Positions 10,028-18,743 of a stretch of DNA of 32,000 nucleotides are shown one piece after another. This DNA comes from Acidianus tailed spindle virus. Below the pieces are notes generated by a model that saw only the letters and a list, made by a program, of their open reading frames with translations, was not told the origin of the DNA and searched no databases. How positions within the stretch are numbered: position 1 is the first letter of the stretch; each line of letters starts with the position of its first letter. The position numbers were made by a program, and so were the translations under genes. Location: sequence record NC_029316.1. The stretch is one strand, 5' to 3'.

Positions 10028-11584
10028 CTAATATTTATTTGGGTTTTTAAATGAGGGTTTCTTTAGAAAGTTTTCGAAACCGTATAGGAATTTTGAAATT
10101 GAAGTATCGTCGTATGAGTCTGCTATTCTCACTTCTATCCCAGCAATGTCCTCAAATGTCTGTTTGCTAGATGCTTCGCCTCTCAGTATAATTTCTTTTA
10201 CATCTATGCCGTAAAAATTCAATACTGCTCTGATGAGGTTTTTCGCTCTTTTTATCCTTTCGTCAAGTAGCGAGGACGACATATATTTCCTAATCGATGA
10301 TACTATCTTCTGGTCGTCTACCGTGTACATATATGATTGTGCTATTTTGTCGAAATTCGAATTTTGTTGCGTGAACATAATGACGTTCTTATGATAATCG
10401 GAAATTATCTCTGCAAGACCAGACAGTTTGCTATTATCAACGAGTAAAGGCTGTTCAACTAATACTATAGACTTCCTATACATTTCAATATTGAATAAGA
10501 ATTCCTTTATCGATGAGTCTATTGTAGGCTGGAATATTATATAATTACAAACATCAACTAGGATGGAGCTGATTATGGCTTTTACTGTGAGCGGATATCT
10601 CGTTGTAATTAAGATCTTTATGGGCATCTCGCATGTAACTATTTCGCTTAACGAATCCTTCATTTCAAGTAAGGAATTAATATCCTGGTTTCTCATGCTC
10701 ACTACACGCCTTGCCACATCCTTGTTAACTATTGTAAAAGTCTCTGGAGAACGTACAAAAAGCGAGATATCCCTAAAACTCATACCGTTGTTCACGAAGT
10801 AGCGTGCTATATCATCTGCACTCTTATACTCTATACCGTTTATGCTGATATTACTAATTCCCTTTATTTTCAAATATGCAGACACTGCTTCTAGGTCTGG
10901 TAATGTGTAGTAAACCTTCTCTTTTACTCTGCTAATTAATGCTGGGTCTATAGTGTCTACTTTAACGTTTGTTGCAAGTATTACTATTATATCATAATTC
11001 TTAACGTTATACAAGTTTAGATATTTCAGCATTAAGTTCATTAGATTTGTATAAAGCGTGTGGTTCTTATCTTCTGATGTAAGATCCCTTTTTGTTATTA
11101 TCCACTCAGCATCATCGAAGAACAGTATGATGGGTTGGCTACGAATAGCTTTGAGGAAAATATTTCTCAGCTCATTTTCTGTTTCTCCTACATATTTTGA
11201 TAAAATCTCAGTACCTACATAACGGAGCTTCCAACCTTTTACCTTTGCCAACAGTTCTGCGAAGGACGTCTTTCCAGTGCCTGGTGCACCGTATAATAGT
11301 ATGTTAGAGTTACCTTTCTTTTTATTTACTAATTCTTTAAATACATTGTATATTTCTTTTGGAAATATGTAAAAATCTCCATTACTTAACTTTATTATCA
11401 CATTATCATGCAGTTCCGTAACGTCGTACGTTAACGGTTTAATTATTTTCACAACTTTAGTTATATATTCATTGTAAATGCATGGGTCTGGTATTGCATA
11501 AAGTATTGTACTATCTACAGTATTTACTTCCTCACCTTGTTTTATTTTTCTTGTAGTGTAGATTTTTTGACAAACTTCAGTCAT
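10028..11584 (-). CDS. AAA+ ATPase, 518 aa (ATV/STSV-type virus ATPase by inference)
   Basis: Walker A GAPGTGKTSF, Walker B IILFFDDAEW, sensor-like IIVILATNV. The C-terminal part has a second ATPase-like segment (SIVLVEQPLLVDNS...VIMFTQQNS). Confidence 0.9.
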   Translation of the reverse strand: MTEVCQKIYTTRKIKQGEEVNTVDSTILYAIPDPCIYNEYITKVVKIIKPLTYDVTELHDNVIIKLSNGDFYIFPKEIYNVFKELVNKKKGNSNILLYGAPGTGKTSFAELLAKVKGWKLRYVGTEILSKYVGETENELRNIFLKAIRSQPIILFFDDAEWIITKRDLTSEDKNHTLYTNLMNLMLKYLNLYNVKNYDIIVILATNVKVDTIDPALISRVKEKVYYTLPDLEAVSAYLKIKGISNISINGIEYKSADDIARYFVNNGMSFRDISLFVRSPETFTIVNKDVARRVVSMRNQDINSLLEMKDSLSEIVTCEMPIKILITTRYPLTVKAIISSILVDVCNYIIFQPTIDSSIKEFLFNIEMYRKSIVLVEQPLLVDNSKLSGLAEIISDYHKNVIMFTQQNSNFDKIAQSYMYTVDDQKIVSSIRKYMSSSLLDERIKRAKNLIRAVLNFYGIDVKEIILRGEASSKQTFEDIAGIEVRIADSYDDTSISKFLYGFENFLKKPSFKNPNKY

Positions 11585-11585
11585 T

Positions 11586-12404
11586 TTACTTCCCTACTAT
11601 GTGTAGTAATATGTATACGAATGCTAGGATTATTGGGATAGTTAACGCTAGTGCAAGGATTAACTTAGTCTTATTTGTTGCTAATACTGTTTGTAACTTC
11701 TGCTTTGCTAATGATATCTTCTGCAGGTTAGTTATTTCATTACCAGCACTTGTAAGTAAGTGAATTATATTCTCTGCACTGCTGGTTTGGAGTGATATGA
11801 GGTAGTCATCTAGTACACTAGATAGATCTGTAGTTATAGCGAGCTTGTATTGACCTACGACAAAGCTTGAAGTATACTGAGTAGATCCTGAAAGGATATC
11901 TGCTATCAACTCAGAGAAGCTTTTGTCACTGAAAATCCTAGCAGTAGCCAGGTCTGACAATGTGTACAAATTCATCGTCAGGAATACTGTAGTCTCACCA
12001 ACCGCAAAATAGAACGGTTTGTTTATACCATGAATGTAAAAGGGAGTTATGTCAGGCTTTACTGCTATAATATAAATGTCGTTGTCACTCGTGTTACCTA
12101 TGAAGAGACCTGTAGCTATATACCTTGCGGGTACAAGGACTACCTTTTTGGTTTTTTTCTGAACTACTAGAAATATAGCGTCGGCATTCCTTGCATTAAT
12201 ATCAAACAACTGGACATTACGGTGAGACTTCAGCTTAATAATCAGTAACATCATTACGAATCCTACTACTACTGCAATAAGTATAATTGACAAAAAATTG
12301 AAAGAAAAAAGGCTAGTTACTGCAGATGTAGGGCTTATGTGTATTGTTGGGGACGGTGTAGTAGAAACGTGAGGCGTTGTAGAGTTAGGAGGTGGTAGTG
12401 GCAT
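11586..12404 (-). CDS. Membrane protein with N- and C-terminal TM helices and central soluble domain, 272 aa
   Basis: Pro/Ser/Thr-rich N-terminus, TM LSIILIAVVVGFVMMLLII, C-terminal TM LILALALTIPIILAFVYILLHIV. Stop abuts the AAA+ gene start. Confidence 0.75.
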   Translation of the reverse strand: MPLPPPNSTTPHVSTTPSPTIHISPTSAVTSLFSFNFLSIILIAVVVGFVMMLLIIKLKSHRNVQLFDINARNADAIFLVVQKKTKKVVLVPARYIATGLFIGNTSDNDIYIIAVKPDITPFYIHGINKPFYFAVGETTVFLTMNLYTLSDLATARIFSDKSFSELIADILSGSTQYTSSFVVGQYKLAITTDLSSVLDDYLISLQTSSAENIIHLLTSAGNEITNLQKISLAKQKLQTVLATNKTKLILALALTIPIILAFVYILLHIVGK

Positions 12405-12449
12405 ATGTGTTTTGTTAAAAACGATATTAAAAGTAGAGAAAAAACTTTT

Positions 12450-12469
12450 GAAAACACAGATGTGTTTTC
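12450..12469. repeat. Dispersed palindrome copy 2
   Basis: GAAAACACAGATGTGTTTTC. Confidence 0.85.
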
Positions 12470-12749
12470 AGGTGTTGTACATCACTGACTTTATCATTTG
12501 AGAATAGATGCGGTTAGTCATTTCATCTAATTTTCTCTTATCATAATTCTCTATTTCGTTAATTGGTATTTTTTCTAATGCTATAGTTCTTGCTAAGTTT
12601 TTAGCGAATGTGCTAAAATTGTACTTATCTATTGCAGTTACTTTCCCGTCTGGATTTGTAATATAACACAACTCATCGTCGCACTCTACCTTATATCTAC
12701 CGATTTTCATATGTTCGAATAGACGCATCAGAATAAATATGTATAGCAA
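12468..12749 (-). CDS. Small soluble protein; start possibly MKIGRYKVECDDE...
   Basis: ORF divergent from the 12761 gene. Confidence 0.5.
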   Translation of the reverse strand: MLYIFILMRLFEHMKIGRYKVECDDELCYITNPDGKVTAIDKYNFSTFAKNLARTIALEKIPINEIENYDKRKLDEMTNRIYSQMIKSVMYNT

Positions 12750-12760
12750 TTAATCCTCCT

Positions 12761-14353
12761 ATGCAAACCCGCATTTTCTTCGTTGCGATTTCTTACTCTA
12801 TGTTAGTATACGTCATAATGTTTTTCGAATATTATTCACTCAATATACCAGTCTGGGACATGGGTCACGCATTACAGACACTATATAATATCCATAACTG
12901 CCATGGCAGTCTTACGTTCTTCATATCTACTATTCTTTACCAGGGTGATAGGTTCCTCTTGTTCTTCGTACCGACTAACGTTAACAGTTTGATACTATTA
13001 CAAGCGTTATCAGTAGGTCTTGCAATAATTCCATTATATTATATAACAAAAATTAAGTTGAAGGACGAAAAACTAAGGATACTTACTGTCATACTCTTTA
13101 TGCTATACGCACCGCTGTGGGGCAATTATTTCTTCCCTTACCACTTTCAATCTCTGTTTACGTTATTTTTCTTCTCTATGTATTACTTCACACTTAAGGA
13201 TAACAAGATACTAAGCATAATCTTCTCAATTCTTGCGTCCCTGGTTAGGTTTCCTTTCGTTATACTGATAGTCTTCTACTCTGCAGTAGAGTTAGCATTC
13301 AGAAAGAATGTGAAAATCAACAAATACGTGCTTGCAGTATCTGCAATAATCCTGATAGCAAGTTATGTCATGTCAAACGTCTGTCCTACAATAATCCCTG
13401 GAATAGAGAAAGAAGCCAAATTGGACGCAACGCCTAGTTACAAAATACCTCTCATAGATAAAATCCTAACAATACCAGCATTATTACTCCCGTTCAGCAT
13501 GGTTCCGTTATTAAGTTATTTTATAATAAACTTGGTTCCATATACTGTGCTTATTTTCATAACATGCTCCGCTGGGTTCGTTTTTCCTAAGCTTTTCATA
13601 TTCCAATATTCTTCATTGTATACTTATGCTGTATTTATAGCGTTCATAGACGCTATATCTAAATTCAGAATAAAGGAAATAATTAGTATCGCAATAATAT
13701 TATTAACATTCTTCTCATTCTTCATGTTCTCATACGTTTCGCCGTTTTACCCATATGCTAATTACCCTGCAGTGTTCTTCACGCCTAATAACGCTAGAGA
13801 ATTATGCTACGTCGTGAACATCATCCCAAGAAACGCAACAATACTAGTGCAAGATAATATGCCAGAATTCTATCCGAGGACTTACCTACCTGACAATTAT
13901 CCTCTAGTTATAGGGGATACAGAACTTGTGTATAGTAACTATTCATTTGAGCATAATAATTACCTGGTAGTGTTCTGCTTAGGAAAGTTCAATACTAGCA
14001 TATGCTATGTAGCAGTTGATACTGTTAACGATTTCTTTTGGCAATCACTTAACATGACAAATTTATTCTATTCTCACGGGTACGGAATATACATTATTTA
14101 TGATTACATAATAATTCTGAAGTACAATTACTCGTCTCCACCAATAATAAACACTGGATATTCTTTTGTTATACCAGGGCATGTAAGTGTGGATTTACCG
14201 CTTATTCCTGGAATTTACGAACTTAATGCTACTGCATGTGTATGTGGTAGGTACACAAATTTCGTAATAATGAAAGACTTCGGGTTTGTCCATATTTCTA
14301 CAAACAGCAGAACAGAGCTGACCTTGATAGATGTGTTTGACATAAAAGCATGA
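12761..14353 (+). CDS. Polytopic membrane protein resembling DUF2079 / GT-C-like membrane glycosyltransferases, 530 aa
   Basis: About 10 hydrophobic helices; N-terminal SLNIPVWDMGHALQTLYNIHN with WDxGxxxQ-like motif, then FFPYHFQSLFTLFFF; C-terminal beta-rich extracytoplasmic domain. Confidence 0.7.
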   Translation: MQTRIFFVAISYSMLVYVIMFFEYYSLNIPVWDMGHALQTLYNIHNCHGSLTFFISTILYQGDRFLLFFVPTNVNSLILLQALSVGLAIIPLYYITKIKLKDEKLRILTVILFMLYAPLWGNYFFPYHFQSLFTLFFFSMYYFTLKDNKILSIIFSILASLVRFPFVILIVFYSAVELAFRKNVKINKYVLAVSAIILIASYVMSNVCPTIIPGIEKEAKLDATPSYKIPLIDKILTIPALLLPFSMVPLLSYFIINLVPYTVLIFITCSAGFVFPKLFIFQYSSLYTYAVFIAFIDAISKFRIKEIISIAIILLTFFSFFMFSYVSPFYPYANYPAVFFTPNNARELCYVVNIIPRNATILVQDNMPEFYPRTYLPDNYPLVIGDTELVYSNYSFEHNNYLVVFCLGKFNTSICYVAVDTVNDFFWQSLNMTNLFYSHGYGIYIIYDYIIILKYNYSSPPIINTGYSFVIPGHVSVDLPLIPGIYELNATACVCGRYTNFVIMKDFGFVHISTNSRTELTLIDVFDIKA

Positions 14354-14420
14354 CAGCGAGGGAAGTCAGCTAAAAGCACTATCTTTTTAAACTCTTAACG
14401 GGAGAGAAAGGAGAGAAAAT

Positions 14421-14843
14421 ATGGCTACTCTCAAAGCTTCAGAAAAGGTTAAAGCGTGGAATAAAAGAATAGTATCGTTATTAAGGGACGTGTTAAAGCA
14501 GGCTGACCAAAACGGCTTGTTAATAGACTTAACACAACTCACCAGAGCGTTAGCAGGACTAAAGGCTTACTTCTCCTTCCAAGCTAAAAATGCTAAAGAC
14601 GAGAAGGTTAAGGAAGCTTACAAGAAACTAATAGAAGAAGTTACAGAAATACAAAAACAACTAGAGCCACTCAAGAAGTCACACAAGTGGGTTAAAATCT
14701 CACCAGAACTCTACAATAAGTTGAAGAGCTATAAGGAAAAATTAGAGAACGAACAAATAGAGTTACCATACGTTTATTTCGCATTCGAACAACCACAACC
14801 AACAACTACGAGAAAGAAGAAACAGACTATGCTTCAAGCTTAG
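14421..14843 (+). CDS. Candidate major coat protein, 140 aa, helical bundle (ATV/STSV-like)
   Basis: Strong promoter (ctttttaaac at about 14391) and purine-rich leader ggagagaaaggagagaaaat. All-helical basic protein MATLKASEKVKAWNKRIVSLLRDVLKQADQNG..., size and style like spindle-virus coat proteins. Family assignment is from memory of the pattern, not alignment. Confidence 0.65.
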   Translation: MATLKASEKVKAWNKRIVSLLRDVLKQADQNGLLIDLTQLTRALAGLKAYFSFQAKNAKDEKVKEAYKKLIEEVTEIQKQLEPLKKSHKWVKISPELYNKLKSYKEKLENEQIELPYVYFAFEQPQPTTTRKKKQTMLQA

Positions 14844-15846
14844 AATATATTTTTTTGTATTCTTCTCTTTCTCTATCTTCTAAAAAGTACTCATTAAGTT
14901 TAGCCTTCATATAACTTGCTTTTATTATAGCTGGGACGAAGTCTTCCTCTCTTACTAATAAAATTCCACCATTATTGAATGAATATATCTCCCTATGTGC
15001 GGATATATCTCTTGCAACAACTGGTAACGAATTTGCTAATGCTTCAATAATAGGTATGTTGAACCCTTCATCGATAGAAGGAGCAAAATATACATCACTA
15101 GCAATATATAATTTAATGAGGAGTTCATCATCTATGCCTAGGAAGTACTTATCACCGCGTTTGTTATTAACTGTTATAATCATAAAGCCGAGCTTATGTA
15201 ATTCTTCACGTATCTTATCTATTACACTCAGTCCCTTTCTTGGTTCATCATGTGCAACGTTAATTACAATCTTCTTATCTTTAGGCAAACCTAGTTCTTC
15301 ACGGATCCTCATAACGTTTCCGTCTCTTTCGTTTACAAAACCCCTCGGAACGCTATGGTGGATTACTATAACCTTAGGTAATTCAATACCGTTCTCGTCT
15401 GCATACCTCTTCAGCTGTCTTGCTGTATAGAAGCTAGGGACGACAACGAGTTCCAGGTTTTTGATTTGTGTTATTTCATGCCTGAAATAAAGCCTGTAAT
15501 AGAACGGGTAATATGAACTCACAGCTGTGTTTTCAGATAGTGGGAACAGATCGTGAACTGTTCCTATACCACCGTTTGCTACATGGAAGAAATCTGGCGA
15601 AACTAAGTGAAGCAGTTTTTTAGACGCAAATTTACTGAACTTACCCCTCTTTGTAATTAGATCGTAAATTATTCCTAGTTTGTTAAAATATTTATATTGT
15701 ACAACTTCATCAAAACCGTCAGGCTCCTCCCACGGTTTCATTCTAAAAAGAACCAATTTACTATTTGGGAAGTAAGAATGCAATCTGCTTGCATAACGCC
15801 CGATACCTGACTTTAGTTTTGAATTGCTAACGATATATAGCATCAT
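14827..15846 (-). CDS. Family 4-type (GT-B) glycosyltransferase, 339 aa
   Basis: GIGRYASRL near the N-terminus; C-terminal EGFNIPIIEALANSLPVVARDISAHREI (E-x7-E motif region) typical of GT4. Confidence 0.9.
   Translation of the reverse strand: MMLYIVSNSKLKSGIGRYASRLHSYFPNSKLVLFRMKPWEEPDGFDEVVQYKYFNKLGIIYDLITKRGKFSKFASKKLLHLVSPDFFHVANGGIGTVHDLFPLSENTAVSSYYPFYYRLYFRHEITQIKNLELVVVPSFYTARQLKRYADENGIELPKVIVIHHSVPRGFVNERDGNVMRIREELGLPKDKKIVINVAHDEPRKGLSVIDKIREELHKLGFMIITVNNKRGDKYFLGIDDELLIKLYIASDVYFAPSIDEGFNIPIIEALANSLPVVARDISAHREIYSFNNGGILLVREEDFVPAIIKASYMKAKLNEYFLEDREREEYKKIYSKLEA
15515..15534. repeat. Dispersed palindrome copy 3, inside the glycosyltransferase gene
   Basis: GAACTCACAGCTGTGTTTTC. 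Confidence 0.7.
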
Positions 15847-15927
15847 TTAATAGGGTAATTATGTGTTTTTAAGGAGATGACTTCCTACCCGCTCTGAAGA
15901 GAGTGGTTATCGTTCGTTTTGTCAGTG

Positions 15928-16185
15928 CTATCGCACGTCAACGACTTCTAACTTTCCACCTACTAGCCTCGCTTTTATCGTGAACGTTGGCTCGTCCCCA
16001 CCATAGACCTTGATTAACATCGTATCGCTATCAATGACGAAGTAGCTATACTTGTTCCATGTCCTCATATGATCGTTTAGGAACGATTCGATTAGTTCTT
16101 CGACGTAATCCCAATCTGCATTTAAGAGATTAGAGGAAATACTTTCTTCTCCTTCTTGATCTTTTGAAACAAATTCTTGAGACAT
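15928..16185 (-). CDS. Hypothetical acidic protein, 85 aa
   Basis: ATG ORF in the minus-strand gene run 17717-15928. Confidence 0.6.
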   Translation of the reverse strand: MSQEFVSKDQEGEESISSNLLNADWDYVEELIESFLNDHMRTWNKYSYFVIDSDTMLIKVYGGDEPTFTIKARLVGGKLEVVDVR

Positions 16186-16264
16186 ATGCTCACAGTAGTA
16201 CTATTCAAAACCTAGTATATAAAAACACAAACAGTTGTTTTAGATTGAGAAAATTAAAAAAATG

Positions 16265-16675
16265 TCAGCCTATCTTATTTCTAATGTTCTCTCCTTCTTC
16301 TAAACTGTTAAACAATGAGTTTATTTCATCTGTTATGCCTAGCCTTTCAGCCATTATCATTATTATGCTCCTTATTGTTGTGTAGATGAAGAGAGTTTGA
16401 TAATTATTATCCATTATCCTTTGGTCTAGCTTCGCAAGGTCGTATGCTCTACTCCTGATAAAGTTAATTATTGCCGATATAACATGAGAGGGCATTTTTG
16501 CGTTTGACAAATCTAAACTTCCAACAATACTCAGAATACTATGTGAGAAATAACTTACTGTAGCCTTCTTCAATTCTGTTAGTATAAGATCGTCCGAAAA
16601 AAGTTTTGACGAAATTCCGTAATTAATGGAGTCAAGGTAAAAGGAAACCTGCTTTATTATATCCAGCTTATCCAT
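16265..16675 (-). CDS. Hypothetical helical protein, 136 aa
   Basis: ORF directly abutting the 16676-17044 gene. Confidence 0.6.
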   Translation of the reverse strand: MDKLDIIKQVSFYLDSINYGISSKLFSDDLILTELKKATVSYFSHSILSIVGSLDLSNAKMPSHVISAIINFIRSRAYDLAKLDQRIMDNNYQTLFIYTTIRSIIMIMAERLGITDEINSLFNSLEEGENIRNKIG

Positions 16676-17044
16676 TTAGAAGAACCTCTTTGCAACGTAT
16701 TGTATTATTTCATAAATTATGAGTAAAGTAGATGCTATAGCTATGCCGAAAGATAGGTAGAATACAGTATAATAGAAGTCTAACGGTTGGTCTACAACGG
16801 TAGTAGTATTGTACGGGTTCGTTAATGTCACGTTATAATCGGTAGGCGTAGTGAACGCAAACCCGCTTTCGTACATAATTATGTATGATGAGAACATAAG
16901 TAAAGATAGGATGCCTATTTTTCTGAAGAATCCGTGGAAATACAGCCAAATAATTACGGCAAGAAATGCAATAACCAAAAATGAGAAAATATAAAAATAG
17001 ACTAATTGTGCTTGTGAAGCCACTATGATTATTGTTTGACCCAT
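16676..17044 (-). CDS. Membrane protein with about 3 TM segments, 122 aa
   Basis: Hydrophobic segments LVYFYIFSFLVIAFLAVIIWLYF, IGILSLLMFSSYIIMY and VFYLSFGIAIASTLLIIYEII. Confidence 0.7.
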   Translation of the reverse strand: MGQTIIIVASQAQLVYFYIFSFLVIAFLAVIIWLYFHGFFRKIGILSLLMFSSYIIMYESGFAFTTPTDYNVTLTNPYNTTTVVDQPLDFYYTVFYLSFGIAIASTLLIIYEIIQYVAKRFF

Positions 17045-17382
17045 TTCAGCTCCTCACATAATTGTAAGGATACAACATAATAATCTGTATAGTTTATCGT
17101 GACTATCTGGTATAATTTAGTATTTACTGGCTTTTCCAGGTAAAATGCTGGTTTTTTTAATTTATTGAGTGCGTCACAAAAACTATAAATTAATTGATTA
17201 ATATTTAGTTCTAACTCTTTCAGTTTTTGCTGTAGTTCATCAATTTGCTTCTTGAGTTTCTCATTCTCGTCTTCTAGAGACTTAATACGCTTAAGTAACT
17301 CATCATTACTTCTGTTCTCCTCACTCTTCTTAAGCTTCTTAACGTCGCTCTCTCTAATTACTTTCTCCAATTGCCTCCCCAC
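17029..17382 (-). CDS. Coiled-coil protein, 117 aa
   Basis: Heptad-rich ELLKRIKSLEDENEKLKKQIDELQQKLKELELNINQL; overlaps both neighbours. Confidence 0.65.
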   Translation of the reverse strand: MGRQLEKVIRESDVKKLKKSEENRSNDELLKRIKSLEDENEKLKKQIDELQQKLKELELNINQLIYSFCDALNKLKKPAFYLEKPVNTKLYQIVTINYTDYYVVSLQLCEELKWVKQ

Positions 17383-17614
17383 ATATCTTCATCATTTTGT
17401 TTATCTTACTGACGTGCAGTGAATCCAATTTTTCAGCAATTCTGGAAACTTTGTTTATGAACTCCGCATCGTCTTTTATTTTATTTCCTTCTTCATCGTA
17501 ATACCCTAGCTTTACTAATACGTTATATGCTACTGCTTTCCATCTGTCTGGGATATTATACTTCTGCATGTTTTGCTCATATTCAACCTTGAGTAACTCG
17601 CAAATATTACTCAT
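17354..17614 (-). CDS. Hypothetical protein, 86 aa
   Basis: ATG ORF overlapping the downstream coiled-coil gene and coupled to the upstream mini-ORF. Confidence 0.65.
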   Translation of the reverse strand: MSNICELLKVEYEQNMQKYNIPDRWKAVAYNVLVKLGYYDEEGNKIKDDAEFINKVSRIAEKLDSLHVSKINKMMKICGEAIGESN

Positions 17615-17717
17615 TTGTAATTACCTCCTCGTCATTTGTATCCTCGTCGTCACTAAGCTCAGTTAGCTTCTTCTTCTTCTTAAGTGCGTTTTGTTTTTCT
17701 TTATTTACGAGTGACAT
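17607..17717 (-). CDS. Mini-ORF, 36 aa (MSLVNKEKQNALKKKKKLTELSDDEDTNDEEVITNE), possible first gene of the run
   Basis: Manual translation. Its stop overlaps the ATG of the 86-aa gene. Bipartite Lys-rich/acidic composition. Confidence 0.4.
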   Translation of the reverse strand: MSLVNKEKQNALKKKKKLTELSDDEDTNDEEVITNE

Positions 17718-17858
17718 AAGTAAAAGGTGGCTAAGGAGTTAAAAAGCAGATAGGGTTGGAGCTAAGCTTTTTCCCTATTTTCTAATTTTTCTGCCCCCTC
17801 ACGCCTAACATTTATATATATTTATTTATCTAGCTAATTAATTAGGGTAGTTCTCGTC

Positions 17859-18386
17859 ATGTATATTTACAAGAAAAAAATATTGAGAAAATTTTTGCGT
17901 ATGGTAAACGGGAAAATTATTACGGTTAAAAAAGACATAGTTGATCTGATATCACGCCATTCATTTACTATTCAGAGAATAAATGATGATGAAATTTTTT
18001 TGAAGATAGATGATGAGAATGGGATAAAATTTGAAAAAACTTCTAAAGGTGCTATATTGAAATTAAAAGATTCTAAAGGAATAGAACACTATAGGTATTT
18101 AATTTTTCCATGTGGAATTCTCCTATTAAGAGTAAAAACAACAAGAGGAGATATATTCTATTTCACTCACTCATTGGTATTTGAAAGAGTTTCTTCAATT
18201 GAAATAAAAAGAGATGAAGAAAAAATAGAGGTTACAGGAAAGCCTGGAGATAAAAACGTAAGGATACATTTGAAAGACGTTGTACTTGTAAGGAAAACTG
18301 GAGATAATACGTATTATATATATAGCAAAAACAAGAAACTAGAAAGAGAATTAAGAAGAAAATTAAAGAAAAAGTTGGGGTTCTAA
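17859..18386 (+). CDS. Hypothetical basic beta-rich protein, 175 aa
   Basis: [25 protein letters not shown]...; converges on the Sul7d-like gene. Confidence 0.65.
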   Translation: MYIYKKKILRKFLRMVNGKIITVKKDIVDLISRHSFTIQRINDDEIFLKIDDENGIKFEKTSKGAILKLKDSKGIEHYRYLIFPCGILLLRVKTTRGDIFYFTHSLVFERVSSIEIKRDEEKIEVTGKPGDKNVRIHLKDVVLVRKTGDNTYYIYSKNKKLERELRRKLKKKLGF

Positions 18387-18565
18387 TGATTGAGTTTTTG
18401 CAATAATTCTTGTGGGGCTTCTTTAAGGCTTAATGCTCCTCTACCAGTCTTACCGTTGTCGTCGTAGGTGAACGATACCATATTCCCTACTTTCCAAACC
18501 TTCTTTATCTTTGAAATATCTACTTCCTTCTCCTCTCCCTTATACTTGAACTTTATACTCACCAT
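18383..18565 (-). CDS. Sul7d/Sso7d/Sac7d-family chromatin protein homolog, 60 aa
   Basis: [60 protein letters not shown] is nearly superposable on the Sul7d family pattern [47 protein letters not shown]. Confidence 0.97.
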   Translation of the reverse strand: MVSIKFKYKGEEKEVDISKIKKVWKVGNMVSFTYDDNGKTGRGALSLKEAPQELLQKLNH

Positions 18566-18567
18566 TT

Positions 18568-18590
18568 TCTCTCAAGGATAAATTGAGAGA
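18568..18590. repeat. Perfect 8-bp inverted repeat in the leader of the Sul7d-like gene
   Basis: TCTCTCAA-ggataaa-TTGAGAGA immediately upstream of the ATG (minus strand). Confidence 0.8.
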
Positions 18591-18743
18591 ATGACACTAA
18601 TAAATCTTGTGTTGTTAAGTTAAGGGAGCGTAAAGTAACGCCCTTTAGGCGAGGTAGCTCATAGATGGAAGTATAGGTGATAAAAAGATGACCGAAGATG
18701 TATTTTTAAAGACTTAAAAAGATGAAAGTATGGGGAAAAACGA

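Noticed and set aside
14975-15430. Minus-looking plus-strand 151-aa ORF antisense to the glycosyltransferase
   Set aside because: Shadow of a well-supported GT4 coding sequence.
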